Program-made: the position numbers and the translations under genes | The notes under the pieces: model-generated | What the model was told of the DNA's origin: nothing | What the model saw: the letters and a program-made list of their open reading frames with translations, nothing else | Databases searched by the model: none | Shown here: one piece after another, positions 13,353 to 25,570 of the stretch | Position numbering within the stretch: position 1 is the first letter of the stretch | Layout: the number at the start of each line of letters is the position of its first letter | From: Leucoraja erinacea | Taxonomy: Eukaryota | DNA: 64,000 nt | NCBI RefSeq assembly: GCF_028641065.1 | Contig: NC_073396.1 | Span: 11,098,001-11,162,000, forward strand | Direction of reading: 5' to 3'

Positions 13353-14181
13353 CTGCATATTTGGAGATATGAGGGAAAGACAGAAATAGCAAATTCACTC
13401 ATTACTTATAGTAACATAAACTTTAGAATACTTTTTATAATCTTTGTGATTCTTACTCTTACACATTATTTTCAAACATTGTACTTTCAATGAAAATGTA
13501 CTTTCAATCATTCCTTGATAAAAGACCTTTTGATTCAACAACACGTTAATATTAAACAATCTTACTGCAGGATCTGGTTCCCAACATGCGGTGTCTGCCA
13601 GTGTGATACCTATTCAAGATAACGTTATATACCAACACAGAGTCGGATGTTTAACTTACTGGTTGATCATTCTTTCAAAAATAAAGGAAGTTATGGATAC
13701 CTTCCGACAAAGCCAGTTTGAACTTTTGTTTTAAAATCTTTCCATATGGAACTCAAACTGTGGTGTTTTAAACCCTTCATCCATGTTCTACCTTCATGAA
13801 TTCTTCCCTAATTTTCGGAAGCCTAGGGAGGTCAGTCCAAATACTTTAAAAAATAAATACCATCCTTTCTTTCAATTGGATATCTTAGAAACAGAAGCAT
13901 TAGATTATGAGTGCTATATTATCTAAAGTTACACCTGCCTCACTAGGTATTTTTAAACTAAACTCAGAACGAAGCAGTAGTGTCATGGCCTTTTCAGATA
14001 CTCAATACATACAGCCATTCTGTGACAACAAACCAGTTCTGCCATCAAGTAAAGCATATTCAAGAAATGGGGGGGGGGGGCGGGGGGGCTGTAGAGGGAC
14101 AAAAAAGGAGCAATTCACTTTTCTCTTCTACCAGTCACCCTTGCACCCATGTTATTAAACAGGAGGAAAATGAAGACATAC

Positions 14182-14241
14182 CTGACCAAGCATATTACAT
14201 TCATACTCATAGATCTTGTTGAATTTTGAAAACCCTTCTCT
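14182..14241 (-). CDS. TOP3A: TOP3A exon 2
   Basis: REGFSKFNKIYEYECNMLGQ; AG/GT flanks, 60 bp. Confidence 0.93.
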
Positions 14242-14459
14242 CTAGATGAGGCAAAAACAGGAACATTATTGATGTCAATATTCAAAACACAGCAGAATGA
14301 AAATCTAAAATAAAACCAGAGCATGTTCAGGCAGCACCTGCAAAGAATGTTTAAAGAGCCAACAATTCAGGTTAATGAAGAGTAGGAAAAGGACAACCAG
14401 ATTTGGTGTGAAATATCCACAGTGGTAGTGTTAGAGTCTTAGTCAAAGAGTGATACAGC

Positions 14460-14597
14460 CAGTGGTGGACTGGCCAGGATGTCAGCTTGCGAGATTGGAA
14501 AGTGATGAAGTGGGCCCCCTATATCAAGTGGGCCCCTGATGAAGTGGGCCCTCTTTGCCTCCTGGCAACCAATATTTTTAGACCCAGTCCGTCACTG
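14460..14597. mobile_element. hAT-type MITE, 138 bp
   Basis: TIR CAGTGGTGGACTGG / CCAGTCCGTCACTG; perfect 8-bp TSD GATACAGC (14452-14459, 14598-14605); internal AAGTGGGCCC x3. Confidence 0.85.
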
Positions 14598-14609
14598 GAT
14601 ACAGCAGAT

Positions 14610-15250
14610 GGGAAGTGGCAAGGATTTCTGGTAAGTGAGGAGGTCAGGAAAGTGAGGGTGACCTTCTGTAGGATACGGAGATGAAGGAGGGGGTGATGAA
14701 TCTTAAGCAGGGTGGGGAGGCTTTGAGATTGATGGCTATACTGTGCCTGGGTAGTTGGCATTGAGGTAGTCAGGGGTGGAAATAGATTAGGAAGGGAACG
14801 AGTTTGGGGGGGGGCAGAGATTGATCAGGGGTGAAGGTTATCAGCTGGAGGTGGGGTTCATAAGGGAAGGGTGGGGGTTGATCAGGGCAGGAGCGGGGAT
14901 TAATCAGGGCAGGGGTCGATCAGGGCAGAGTTGGGGGGTCAGTCAGGGCAGGGGTCGGGGTCAAACAGGCCAGGGGTGGAGTTGATCAAGGTAAAGGTGA
15001 GGTTGATCAGGGAGGAGGTTGGCCGAGGGAGTGGTGGGCATCGATCAAGGAGGGTGGGGTTGATTGAACTAGAAGAGATGGGGTTTGAACAGAGAGAGAT
15101 GGGGGTTGATTGGATAGGGAGGGGAAGGATGGGGTCTATCAGGGAGGAGAGGTATCGCAGTGAGGGGTAGGGGTTGATTGGACAAGGGAATGGGGGGGGG
15201 GGGATGAGGTCCAACAGGGAGGGGTGAGATTCAACAGGGAGGGGTGGGTT
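14610..15250 (+). repeat. G-rich degenerate minisatellite in TOP3A intron 1
   Basis: Recurrent GGGTTGATCAGGG-like units and G-runs. Confidence 0.7.
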
Positions 15251-15299
15251 GAGCTGACTGATGTAGAGAGAATTGCTGTATGTCCCAAATGGGAAGAGA

Positions 15300-15610
15300 C
15301 CGGACTCCTACCCTCCGGGAACGTCCAGCCGACATGATCTCTGCGATGGCTTTGGCCGCGTCATTTTTCTCAGCCACACACAGAACCTGGCGGGCCTGCA
15401 ACCGGCGACCCCTAACGCTGCTCATCGTGCGGCTGAGCACCGATATCATGCCGTGCTGGAGCGGGGCCCTGGGCTAATTGCGTCCCTCTCGCCCGCCATC
15501 AGCGTTGGCGCCACCGGCCCGCCCGCGCGCGCGCGCGCCCCCTGCCGCCCCCAACCGTCGCCGCGCGCGGAGAGCAGCGTCGCCGCCAACAACGTAACCT
15601 CACGGCGAAG
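15300..15610. promoter_or_regulatory. CpG island / TOP3A promoter region
   Basis: GC- and CpG-rich tract, including a (CG)n run near 15524-15537, over TOP3A exon 1 in an otherwise CpG-poor background. Confidence 0.75.
15312..15449 (-). CDS. TOP3A: DNA topoisomerase III alpha, coding exon 1
   Basis: MISVLSRTMSSVRGRRLQARQVLCVAEKNDAAKAIAEIMSAGRSRR matches the TOP3A Toprim start (VLCVAEKNDAAK). GT donor after 15312; lies in a CpG island. Confidence 0.93.
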
Positions 15611-15614
15611 GACT

Positions 15615-16075
15615 CAAAGCACTGAGGTAACTCAGCGGGTCAGGCAGCATCTCTGGAGAACATGTACACACGACGTTTCAGATTGGGGACCCTTCCTCAG
15701 AATTATTGGTGTAGAGGGGGAGTATGTATGCAATGCTGGTTTAAACCAAGGTAGACACAACAAGCTCAGCGGGACAGGCAGCATATCTGGAGAGAAGGAA
15801 TGGGTGGCGTTTCGGGTCGAGACCCTTCTTCACACTGGTTAGGGATGAAGGGAAACGAGAGATATAGACGACGATGTGGAGAGATAAAAAAATAATGAAT
15901 GAAAGATATGCAAAAAAGTCACGAAGATAAAGGAAACAGGCTATTGTTAGCTGTTTGTTCGGTGAAAACGAAAAGCTAGTGCGACTGGTGTGGGGGACGG
16001 ATAGAGAGAGAGGGGGAATGCCGGGTCTACCTGAAGTTAGGTAAATCAATATTCATACCACTAGGCTTTTAGCTG
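15615..16075 (-). mobile_element. Penelope-like element 3' fragments (endonuclease C-terminal remnant plus two hammerhead-containing tails)
   Basis: Minus strand: PSGMNIDLPNFR-like remnant near 16030-16070; GTGAAGA/CTGAGGA-stem-GAAAC motifs near 15808-15833 and 15672-15700. Confidence 0.7.
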
Positions 16076-17944
16076 TGTATATACACATATATGTATGTGT
16101 GTATATATACACACACTGAACTTATTTATTTGCTTATTATATTGTTTACAGTGTACTCTTTACTATGTTTACATGTTCTGTTGTGCTGCTGCAAGTAAGA
16201 ATTTCATTGTTCTCTATACGACAATAAAACACTCCTGAATCCTGAGAAATCTAGAAGAGAGGTGGGGCAGGACAAAGCCTGCCAAGTGACAGGCGGATAC
16301 AGAAACAAAAAGAACTGCATATGCTGGTTTACAAAGAAAGACACAAAATGTTACAGTAACCTCAAACAAAGGAAAGCAAATATCACCTGAGGGGACCACA
16401 TGAGTGGGGGACAATCACATTACAGACTAATCGCAACAATCGCATTCTGGGGAAGGTTCCCATCCGAAATGCTGCCTATCCATGTCCTTCAAAGAAGCTA
16501 TGCCAGCTCTTTCTGTCGACCACACCTTGACTGACTGGTTCATCGAAACATTTTGGAGAATGAGTCTTTATACCGAACGTCTTCAAACCCCCTGCACAAT
16601 GGTGCCTTCCCATTGCTAAAAGTCCATGATGACATACTTGAAAACATGGGCCATTTTCCATATCTCGAGAGTCATTTTTAAGCAAAGGCTGACATCAATT
16701 TGATATTTGGCATAATCTTCAGTGTGCTTGCACCTTCTTTGACTATCTGTGAAAAGAATGTTTGATGATCTAGATCTCTCTCCTGGTACAAAGTTTATCA
16801 TCTCTCAGGCACTAAAAATCAACACCCTCTTATATGCTTCTGTGACATGGGTTACTTACGGTTGAAGACTCAAAGTTTTGATGCAACACTCACTGCACAT
16901 CATCATCCCAAACTACTGTAGGATAATTGAACCAATATCACTGTCCTCCTGTCTAAGGCCAACATCATCAGGTTTAATGTTCTAATTACTCTAAAAACAA
17001 CCAATTAACAAGAGGAGAGGAGAAATGATTCATGGATTCTACACGCCTACCTTGGAAAATATAAAATATAACATCCCCAATGACTCAAGGAAATTCTGGT
17101 CCGTGACCATTCTAAGTGGAGAAGGAGAATTAGGAATGGCCTAGATAACCTCTGAAAATACTCACTACCTGCCCCATCAGTACTTTCTGCTCCACCAATG
17201 ATATAAATTGCAGGTCTTTCATTGGCCTCAGCAGTCACTTCCACTGAAGTCATCCTCGACTTTATGGAATAGCCAAGCAAGAAACAGAAGACCTGTTACC
17301 AGGTAACCCAACCAGGTCTGGTCGCCCAGTAGTTACCGGTAGGTCTAAAGGAAAGCTGTATCTGACAAATATCATGAATGACAGTAAGAATAGGTATTTT
17401 AAATAGCAAGCTTTTATCCTATATAACCTAGAGGTTTTTTTTTTTAAACACAGTGCAAAAATGTCACAAAAAGTACATTTAAGTAATAGAAAATCTCCCA
17501 AAGAAATGAAAATGGGAAACAAAGCCAAACATATTAGAGACACAGTGAACTGAGGATGGTAAATTTGTTTATTTCTCAATTTGTTTAATATCTCAAACTT
17601 TACTGATGTTATAACAAATCATTGGCTTTTGAACATGGGGGACCTTTTTGCTGATGTTACCCCTTTGCAAGATTTACCTTGTTAAGCCAGAAGGATCAAT
17701 TTCTCATTGCAATACATACTTATTTTCATTTTGGATCGCTATGACAGTTTAAGAGATATGAAAATGGAAGTTAATGCTCTAGCACTGCTTACATGTGCTT
17801 ACAACTATGGGTTTCTAACTATCAATGTCTTTCAAGTACTGGATGTTGAAGTGAGTTGCTTTCCGCAGTGTTCGCCGGAACTAGTGGTGCTGGGGAAGGC
17901 TGAGCCGGTGCACCAGTGGACTGGTTATTTTGTTGTAAAGGAGG

Positions 17945-18039
17945 ATGATGACGGTGCGGTGTGGGATTTTAGTGCGGAATTTACATGTTTTTTCATCCTC
18001 AAACCGACACCTATTTGGAACGAGTTTTGCCGGGTGCAG
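17945..18039 (+). CDS. UQCC4: Ubiquinol-cytochrome c reductase complex assembly factor 4 (C16orf91/CCSMST1), coding exon 1
   Basis: MMTVRCGILVRNLHVFSSSNRHLFGTSFAGC(R) is Arg/Ser-rich with no acidic residues, like a mitochondrial presequence. Donor AG|gtgcgt; phase 2 matches exon 2. Confidence 0.75.
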
Positions 18040-18762
18040 GTGCGTTAAACGTAGAACAATTGTGACTGGGAGGGATCGCTGCTTTGTTCTGGCGCTAAAT
18101 GACAGCACATGACCTTCAACATCGTCGGTATTAGGAATGAATTCTTAATTGGCGATGGAAGGCCGTTTAATTTAGCAATTTAGTGCTGGCGGAAATCTTC
18201 CAACCACTGATGGCTTGCCTCGTGTGTGAGGCTCCGAGAGTTTCCAAAGTACTGTGTGTAACTGTATTTTGTTTTCCAATACCTGGAACAAGGAGTGAAC
18301 CCGCATCCTTCTGACTCGGGCGTATGCTTACACAGCGTTAGCGTTAGAGGCTTTCATGACAGACCTAATAAGAAAGATGCAATATTGACTGGAAATCTGA
18401 AGAAAAAAAATTTGGTAATACTCAGCAAACTATTGAGCTGAAACAACCCCATTCACTTTTCACAGATGATGCCTGACGTGCTGAGGATTTAAGAATATTT
18501 TTTTGTATTTAGTTTATTGTAACTAACGAAGTGTGGATCACATAAAAGCACATTTGGGTTAAGAATGCACGGGTGTTTTATGAATATAGATAATACTCGA
18601 CAATAATCTTCTAAATTCGTAACATTGGGAACCCCCTACCCCCCCTTCTCCATCAGAAATCCATGCTACCATCAGTTAATGTGAACAAGATAAAATTATA
18701 GGAATGTTATGACATAAGGATGCCTTGAGAAAGAATTACCCAAACTAATTCCACATGCCAGC

Positions 18763-19059
18763 GGAGCGGAGACCCGACTCGGTCCTGGAGCTGTGGCGGA
18801 GGCAGCGACCACCCGCAGAGTTTGAGCCGTCGCCTCGGCGCAGAGGGAGAACAAAGAGGGAAGAGACAGAGACTTTAAGATTTTGCCTTCCACCACAGTG
18901 AGGAGGTGTTTGGTGAACTCACTGTGGTGGATGTTAAATTTGTGTTGATTGTGTGTTTTTGTCATTTTTTTAATTATATGTATGACTGCAGGGAAACAAA
19001 ATTTCGTTCAGACCGAAAGGTCTGAACGACAATAAACGAATCTAATCTAATCTAATCTA
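18763..19059 (+). mobile_element. 5'-truncated non-LTR element with 3' stem-loop and (AATCT)n tail
   Basis: 8-bp TSD ATGCCAGC (18755-18762, 19060-19067); hairpin CGTTCAGACC-GAAA-GGTCTGAACG, then AATAAA and a microsatellite tail. Confidence 0.8.
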
Positions 19060-19696
19060 ATGCCAGCACTTGGTTTGTAAGTGCTGCAGGTTACAGCTCT
19101 CCAAATACACACTGTGGTTCTTTTTTAAAGTGATGAGTGTTTCTACATCTTCACCCTTACAAGCTGCGAGGTGAAGACCTCTACCATACTTGGGGAAACA
19201 ATTTCCATACCTCCTTTCTTATTCTATCCACAATGTAAAATCTATGCTGCTTGGTCATTGATTTCGTCATCCAATTTACTCTCTTAAGATGGGATATAAT
19301 GAGAGAAAATGTATTATTATCCAATTTAGTAAATTGAACAGAGGATGGTTAAGGATTAACAGAGGATTACTGAAATGGTGGCATTCTTCAATGTTGGTGC
19401 CAGGGGTGATCATGGGGTTTGTATACTCTAGAAATATTAGCAAGCAGTTGCATGAGATAACTAAATGAAGAGTTAATCTCTATTGTACTGAAGATGTAGT
19501 ACAAGCATAAAAAAGTCTATAAATGCACAGAGCTTTGGTGAGACCACAGCTAGTGTCAGGTACAATTTAAAGAATGATAAACTTGCCTTGAAAGTAGTGC
19601 AATGGAGGCTCATTAGATTAACTTCTAGGGTGATTTTCTTGTCCCTTGAGAGATTGATCAAAACAGGCCTTTAATACTAAAGAAGGTTGTCTAACA

Positions 19697-19797
19697 GATC
19701 AGTCTGAAGAAGGGTTTCGGCCCGAAACATTGCCTATTTCCTTCATTCCATAAATGCTGCTGCACCCACTGAGTTTCTCCAGCACTTTTGTCTACCC
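19697..19797 (+). mobile_element. Solo Penelope-like tail with minimal hammerhead motif
   Basis: 14-bp TSD AAGGTTGTCTAACA (19683-19696, 19798-19811); CTGAAGA-A-GGGT-TTCG-GCCC-GAAAC core. Confidence 0.8.
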
Positions 19798-19819
19798 AAG
19801 GTTGTCTAACATGACAAGA

Positions 19820-20820
19820 GAATATTGATCAACTGACAAAGTGGCCAAAGGCAAATGAAATTTAACTTGGCAAGTGGAAAGCGATGCATTTTAGGAAGTT
19901 AAACTGGACACACACACATACACGGTGAATGGCAGAACTCTGATTGTTGTTTAGCAGAGAGAGCTCGTAATATAGAGTTCCTTGAAAGTGGCAACACAGG
20001 TAAACTGAGTGATGAAGAAGGCTTATTATGGACATAGGACAAAGTATTGAGTACAAGAGATGAGACTTTGTTACAGTCGCAGGAAAAGTTGATTAGGCTA
20101 CAGTTAGATTATTATGATCAGTTTTGGCCACTACAGGAAAGATATTCAGCTGGAGAGGATGCAGAAAATATTCACAAGGATGTTACCTAGATTAAAGAGT
20201 TTGAGTTATAGGGAGAGATTGGATACATTGGGTCTATTTTCATGTTGCAAAGGAGGCTGAGAGCTATACAAAAATATGAATGGCATAGAAAGTATAGAAA
20301 GAGTCTGTTTCCCATGGTAGAGCTGTCTAAAACTATAGCCCACAGATTTAAGGTGTGATGGGGGTGGTTTCAAGCAAGCCTGAACGGTAAACTTTTAAGA
20401 GTAGTTAGTATTTAAATTGAGTTCTCAGATGAGGAGATGGAAACAGAAGTAGCACATAAAGGCACCTGGATAATTATTTGAACAAGCATGGCATAACGGG
20501 ATGTGAAATTAAGCGGTACTCATTTAATTTACTACACTCCCTATACACTCAGCACTGTGATGCCAAATTCTGCTCGAACTCCATTTACAAGTTTACATAT
20601 TACACCATTATAGTGGGCTCGAACAATGATGCACTGGACTACAGGAAGGAGATAAATACCTTCATAATATGGTCAGACCAACAACCCCTCCCTTAATATA
20701 AGCAAAATGAAGGAGATAGTTATGGACTAAGGAAACAACGTGGTGTTCAATTCCCATTGAACATCAATGGCGCTGAAGTGGAAATATGTAAGAGCTTCAA
20801 GTTCCCATGTGTAAATATCT
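19820..20820 (+). mobile_element. Decayed CR1-like LINE 3' fragment followed by a Rex-Babar-like RT fragment
   Basis: Degraded CR1 3' sequence; remnant LYTQHCDAKFCSNSIYKF...SNNDALDYRKEI resembles the Rex/Babar RT region around KFADDT. Confidence 0.55.
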
Positions 20821-21369
20821 GAGATGTGAGGAGAACGTTAAAGGAGAAAACCAACCTCCTCCTACCCCTCCCCCCCCCCCCCCCCTTCCCTGTGCCCCAT
20901 CTGGATTTCTCCCTTGTCCTGTCACCTCCCACTTGTATGCCTCCTTTTGGCTTCACATTTCATATCTCTATATTTGTCTTTTCATTTCTGGCCTTTGTTC
21001 AATCTGCCAATGAAAAACCAAAACCCTTACTTGTTTCACCTATCACTTGCCAGGATTTGTCGCACCCCTCCTGCTTTCTCTGCCTCACTAAAATCAGTCT
21101 GAAGGGTCAGAACTCAAAACGCATCTATCCATATTCGTCAGATGTTGTCTGACCTGCTAAGTTACTCCAGCATTTTGTGTCTTTTTTTGCAAATGAGCAT
21201 CTGCAGTTTCTGAGTTTAGATGTAAGAGCTTTACATCTGGTTTAGCAGATGGGTATTGGGATATGGAACCATCTTTAGGGAGAGACAAGAAAAACAATGT
21301 GTGTTATGTTTACTAGCATGGGCTAATCTGCAAATAATGACGCGACTCAAATTTTTGTTTTCTTTGCAG

Positions 21370-21715
21370 ACAATACAATTCGACAAGAGCCTTCTCTGCA
21401 GCTCCACGTGACCAAAAATCATCACTTAAGGAAATTGAGAATGAAGAAGATGGAGCCATAAAATTTAGCACCAGTAAGGCAAGCGGTTCTGTCTGGTCTG
21501 TGGAGAAAGCACTGGGCGGTGGTCATCAAAAACCTTGGTGGAAGGTTCTTCCCCTCAGTCTGGCTGCAATTGCTTTTTTAGCTTGGTGCATCCTTAGGAA
21601 AGAAACTGAAGTTGATAGAATCATGGGACAAACTTTGAGTGACCATTTTCCTGATCTCATACTGTCCGAGGCTGAGCCAGAGGAAGATGCCAAGAAACCA
21701 AACAAAACAACGTAA
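21370..21715 (+). CDS. UQCC4: UQCC4 coding exon 2
   Basis: After the ttctttgcag acceptor: ...IKFSTSKASGSVWSVEKALGGGHQKPWWKVLPLSLAAIAFLAWCILRKETEVD..., matching recalled human C16orf91 motifs (FSSSKA...WSV...HQRPWWKVLPLS...WCYLREE). One TM helix; AATAAA at 21847-21852. Confidence 0.9.
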
Positions 21716-21750
21716 TGAATGGAGGATGGTATCTCCCGCAATTAGGCATG

Positions 21751-21773
21751 TTTTTTTTTTTTTTTTTTTTTTT
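21751..21773 (+). repeat. (T)23 homopolymer in the UQCC4 3' UTR
   Basis: Directly visible, 35 nt after the stop codon. Confidence 0.9.
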
Positions 21774-23788
21774 GAAATTGTAGATGATAAAATTCATTAT
21801 GAAACTGCCGTCCAGAAGCAAATTATTGCAGAGGTTGGAAATCTGAAATAAAAATGGACAATACTAGAAATACCCAACTGGCCAGACAGCACCTATGGAG
21901 TCAGAATTGTATTCACAATTTCAAATCAATGACCTTTCCTTAGAATGGAATAAAGATAGAAATAAACCATTTTAAGTTGCAGAGATGGGGAGGAGCAGAA
22001 AATTAATAAAGGAAAGTGATATGGTGGAAGCCAAGAAAGATTGAATGACACCAGTATGCCTGGTGCTGTTGAATGAGAGTGAGAAAGATTTGTAAGCTAC
22101 AAAAGGTGCATTGGGAAACAAAAAGGGAAAAATAAAATACAAAATTACCAGTACAAGGGAGAGTAAAAAGATACGACTGAAATGGCTGATTAACTCTTGA
22201 GTTTTGAAAGCTGCAATGAACCCAGAAGAAACCCATGGTCCTGTTCTATAAACTGGTATTGAACTTTGCTTAAAACAGCATAGACCACCAAATACAGATG
22301 CCAGAATACGAGTTGAATGGAGACTCCTATTCTTTGCAGCTTTAAGCATGTTTAACTTCTAACTTTTCCCGATTCTGATAAAGGGTCTTTGATCTGACGC
22401 ATTAACTTTATTTCTCTCTCTTCGTGTGCTGCCTGACACTGAGTATTTCCAGCATTTTCTGCCTTTATTTCCTGTATCCAGATCATATCCAGTTTTACTT
22501 CAACTGAAATCTGTTGAGGTTGAAATTTGGTTGGTGGAATCTTCCATTTGAGTTTTCATGATTCCTTCGGAAACATAATTTGAAGATGTATGAGACTTCA
22601 CTGCTTCTCTCGACTGAGACATATCAACAGAGAATGAAGTGTGAGATGATCAGTCACACAATGGCACAGCTGAGCTTCTGATGGCATCGATAATTCTGAC
22701 CTTTCCATATCACGAGATGTTCACATTTAAACCTTGATCTGTGCTTGGTTACTCACTTGTAGCCATTGCATCATTCAGAACCACAGTTCATCTCTGCAGT
22801 TAATTTGAAAACTGTCAAAGTTTCAGCGGTAACAACTATCTAAACATTTCTATTGATAACGTGTATTTATAAATTTGATTAATCTGCAGAGTTCCTTTGT
22901 CGAAGCAACTGAAAAAGGAACCATTTTGGAGAAAATAATCAAAACTAAATTGTCAGTTTCAAATTTTGGCATCTAATATTCTCAGATTGAGATAATCATG
23001 AGGATGAAGATGTGGCCTGCCTGACAAAGATACTGCAAAATTAGGTTGGTGGGGAGAGAGCCAGCTGGGAGGGTCTTCTCTTGAACATTGTCCTTTAACA
23101 ATATGTGGTATATGTAAACGATAGGATCATCTCTGATTTGAAGCCGACCTTATCTGTAATTGCAATATTGTTCATAGTACAGTGCTAATGCTTCTCACCA
23201 CTACTTTTCCTTAATTGAAGTACTGTACTGAAAATGCTGCCAAAAGTGGAATTAAAACAATTAAAATCAATCTTACTACACCATCGGATTGCAATACACA
23301 CGAGTTGTGTGAAGCAGTCCTAATCAGGCAAAACAAACACTGAATCATTGGTTCGTTTTGGTTTTCAATCTGTACAGGTATAAATACTGTAATAAATGTA
23401 CAGAACATAACTTTCGTTTGATACATTTTTTCTTGATTGTTTATAAATAAACTTATTCAGAATTTATTCAGAATCTGAGTGGACCCCCCCCCCCCCATTA
23501 AAAGTTGCAATACAGGACAGTTCCCACTCACAATGTGTGTATATTAAAGTCACAGGCTAAAGATACAAAACGTTTTATTTTGAAACCTGAGCCAAGAGTC
23601 AAAGAATGTTTACAAAATGATCTGCTACTTACACATTTAAAATTATTATCAATACTAAAAAAAATGAAAGGTGGCCCAGTCTTCACCAGAAGCCAAGACT
23701 GTAGTCCAAAATCGTTTCAGGAATGGGCCTCTTAAAATATAAATTTCAAAATACAATTAACTTTGAGAAAATCTCAACGTGTAACATT

Positions 23789-23917
23789 TCAAGCACGCTC
23801 TCCTCTGATGCGCCGGGCCAACTGAATGTCTTTGGGCATGATGGTCACTCGTTTAGCATGAATGGCACACAAATTGGTGTCTTCAAATAAGCCAACCAAG
23901 TAGGCCTCACTGGCTTC
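23789..23917 (-). CDS. Histone H3.3, coding exon 3
   Basis: [42 protein letters not shown]; total CDS 411 nt. Minus-strand AATAAA at 23574-23579. Confidence 0.97.
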   Translation of the reverse strand, partial: EASEAYLVGLFEDTNLCAIHAKRVTIMPKDIQLARRIRGERA

Positions 23918-24144
23918 CTGCAACAGAGTTAATCTTTCATTTAAAAAAGTTTAACATTATTTCCTTTATAGACTCATCCTTATAGATCTATACTTGAACA
24001 TTTCAAATGAGATCAGTCTCATAAAATATTATGTGCCCAAGATTTTCTCTTCACATGCAATGGGCCCTGCTGTTAAATTTAAATATTTCCACACCATGTC
24101 CCTGAAAATTATCAAAGCATCCAGTTCCCAAACAAACATATAGG

Positions 24145-24322
24145 AGGTACACAAAAAAGCTGGAGAAATTCAGCGGGTGCAGCAGCATCTATGTCTGAAG
24201 AAGGGTTTCGGCCCGAAACGTTGCCTTTTCCCTTCGCTCCATAGATGCTGCTGCACCCGCTGAGTTTCTCCAGCTTTTTTGTGTACCCTCCAGCATCTGC
24301 AGTTCCTTCTTAAACAAAAAAA
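24145..24322 (+). mobile_element. Fold-back Penelope-like tail with hammerhead motif in an H3.3 intron
   Basis: 48-bp inverted arms (24146-24193, 24240-24287; 1 mismatch) enclose CTGAAGA...GAAAC. Near-perfect 15-bp TSD AAACAAA(C/G)ATATAGG (24130-24144, 24323-24337). Confidence 0.8.
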
Positions 24323-24736
24323 AAACAAAGATATAGGGCAGGTTTGAGCCAATGTATTCAATTTGCTCAAGAACAAGGATTAAAAATATACTTAATATAG
24401 TTCAAAGAAATCTCCAAAACTGGTATTACATTTTGAAAAAGAAATGGGTAAGCATTTAGGAACCCAAGGCATCACTAATTTCCTATGATGGCGACCAGCA
24501 GCATTTTAATATGGTTGTTCACCTTAAAACACATTCAAAATTGAAATGGTACATTTGAAACTAATACAGTATGCTACATTCAAGCATACACTAAACATAA
24601 TTGTCCATCTGATAAGCAGAACCACAAAAAAAAATAATGGGGCAATGGGGAATTCACAGCCAAACAAGTCAAGATATTGGTTTAGCCACAAGTTATTAGA
24701 TAGTCGAGCCCTCAGTCGCATAGGCCGACAGAATTA

Positions 24737-24973
<237 letters not shown>

Positions 24974-25344
24974 TTAGTAAAACAAGTCAGGTCAAGCCAA
25001 GTCTCAGCTCACTTTTCTCCAATACCAGTGGGAAACCACGGCACCCATAAGATACTTGCTAACAACACATACTCTTAAGACAGCGTAGACACAATATGCT
25101 GGAATACCTTGGGTAGTATCACATGAGAAAATAGATGGGTGATCTTTTGTGTCAAGATCACCTGAACAAACAAGAACAGATGAATAAGCAAATTACTGGA
25201 CAAACAAGAACCTAATAAGCGAGTTCGGTATTCCGAAAAATGCAAGAAATCGTGGGATTTGTCAAAGGTCACAAGCGATAAAAACTTTCGGCAGGTCCTG
25301 GGCTTACGGGAACGATGGCCCAGGCTTACAGCCAGCGCGGAGAA

Positions 25345-25570
25345 GCAGGAGTTTGTACGTAATCCCTGTGAACGCGTGGGTTTTCTCCGAGTGCTCCGAT
25401 TTTCTTCCACTCTCCAAAGACGTACAGATTTGTTTATTAGTTGGCTTTGGAAAATTTGTAAATTGTCCCTGGTGTGTAGGATAGTGTAAAATCTATGAAG
25501 TGATAGCTGGTCAGCACAGACTCGGTCGGCCAAAAGGCATGTTTCCGCACGGTATCTCTAAGGACTAAAG
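25345..25570 (+). mobile_element. HE1/V-SINE-like SINE fragment
   Basis: ggagtttgtacgt...gtaaattgtccctggtgtgtaggatagtg... matches the SINE body at 10894. Confidence 0.7.

Noticed and set aside
15273-15842. 189-aa plus-strand ORF or an SMCR8 homologue
   Set aside because: It is the antisense shadow of GC-rich TOP3A exon 1 running into Penelope tails; no resemblance to SMCR8.
21500-21715. Stand-alone 71-aa ORF
   Set aside because: It begins at an internal GTG; the frame extends to the acceptor at 21370 and is exon 2 of UQCC4.
23700-23790. Replication-dependent histone 3' stem-loop
   Set aside because: No such hairpin seen; the gene has introns, S31/AAIG residues and AATAAA, so it is a polyadenylated H3.3.
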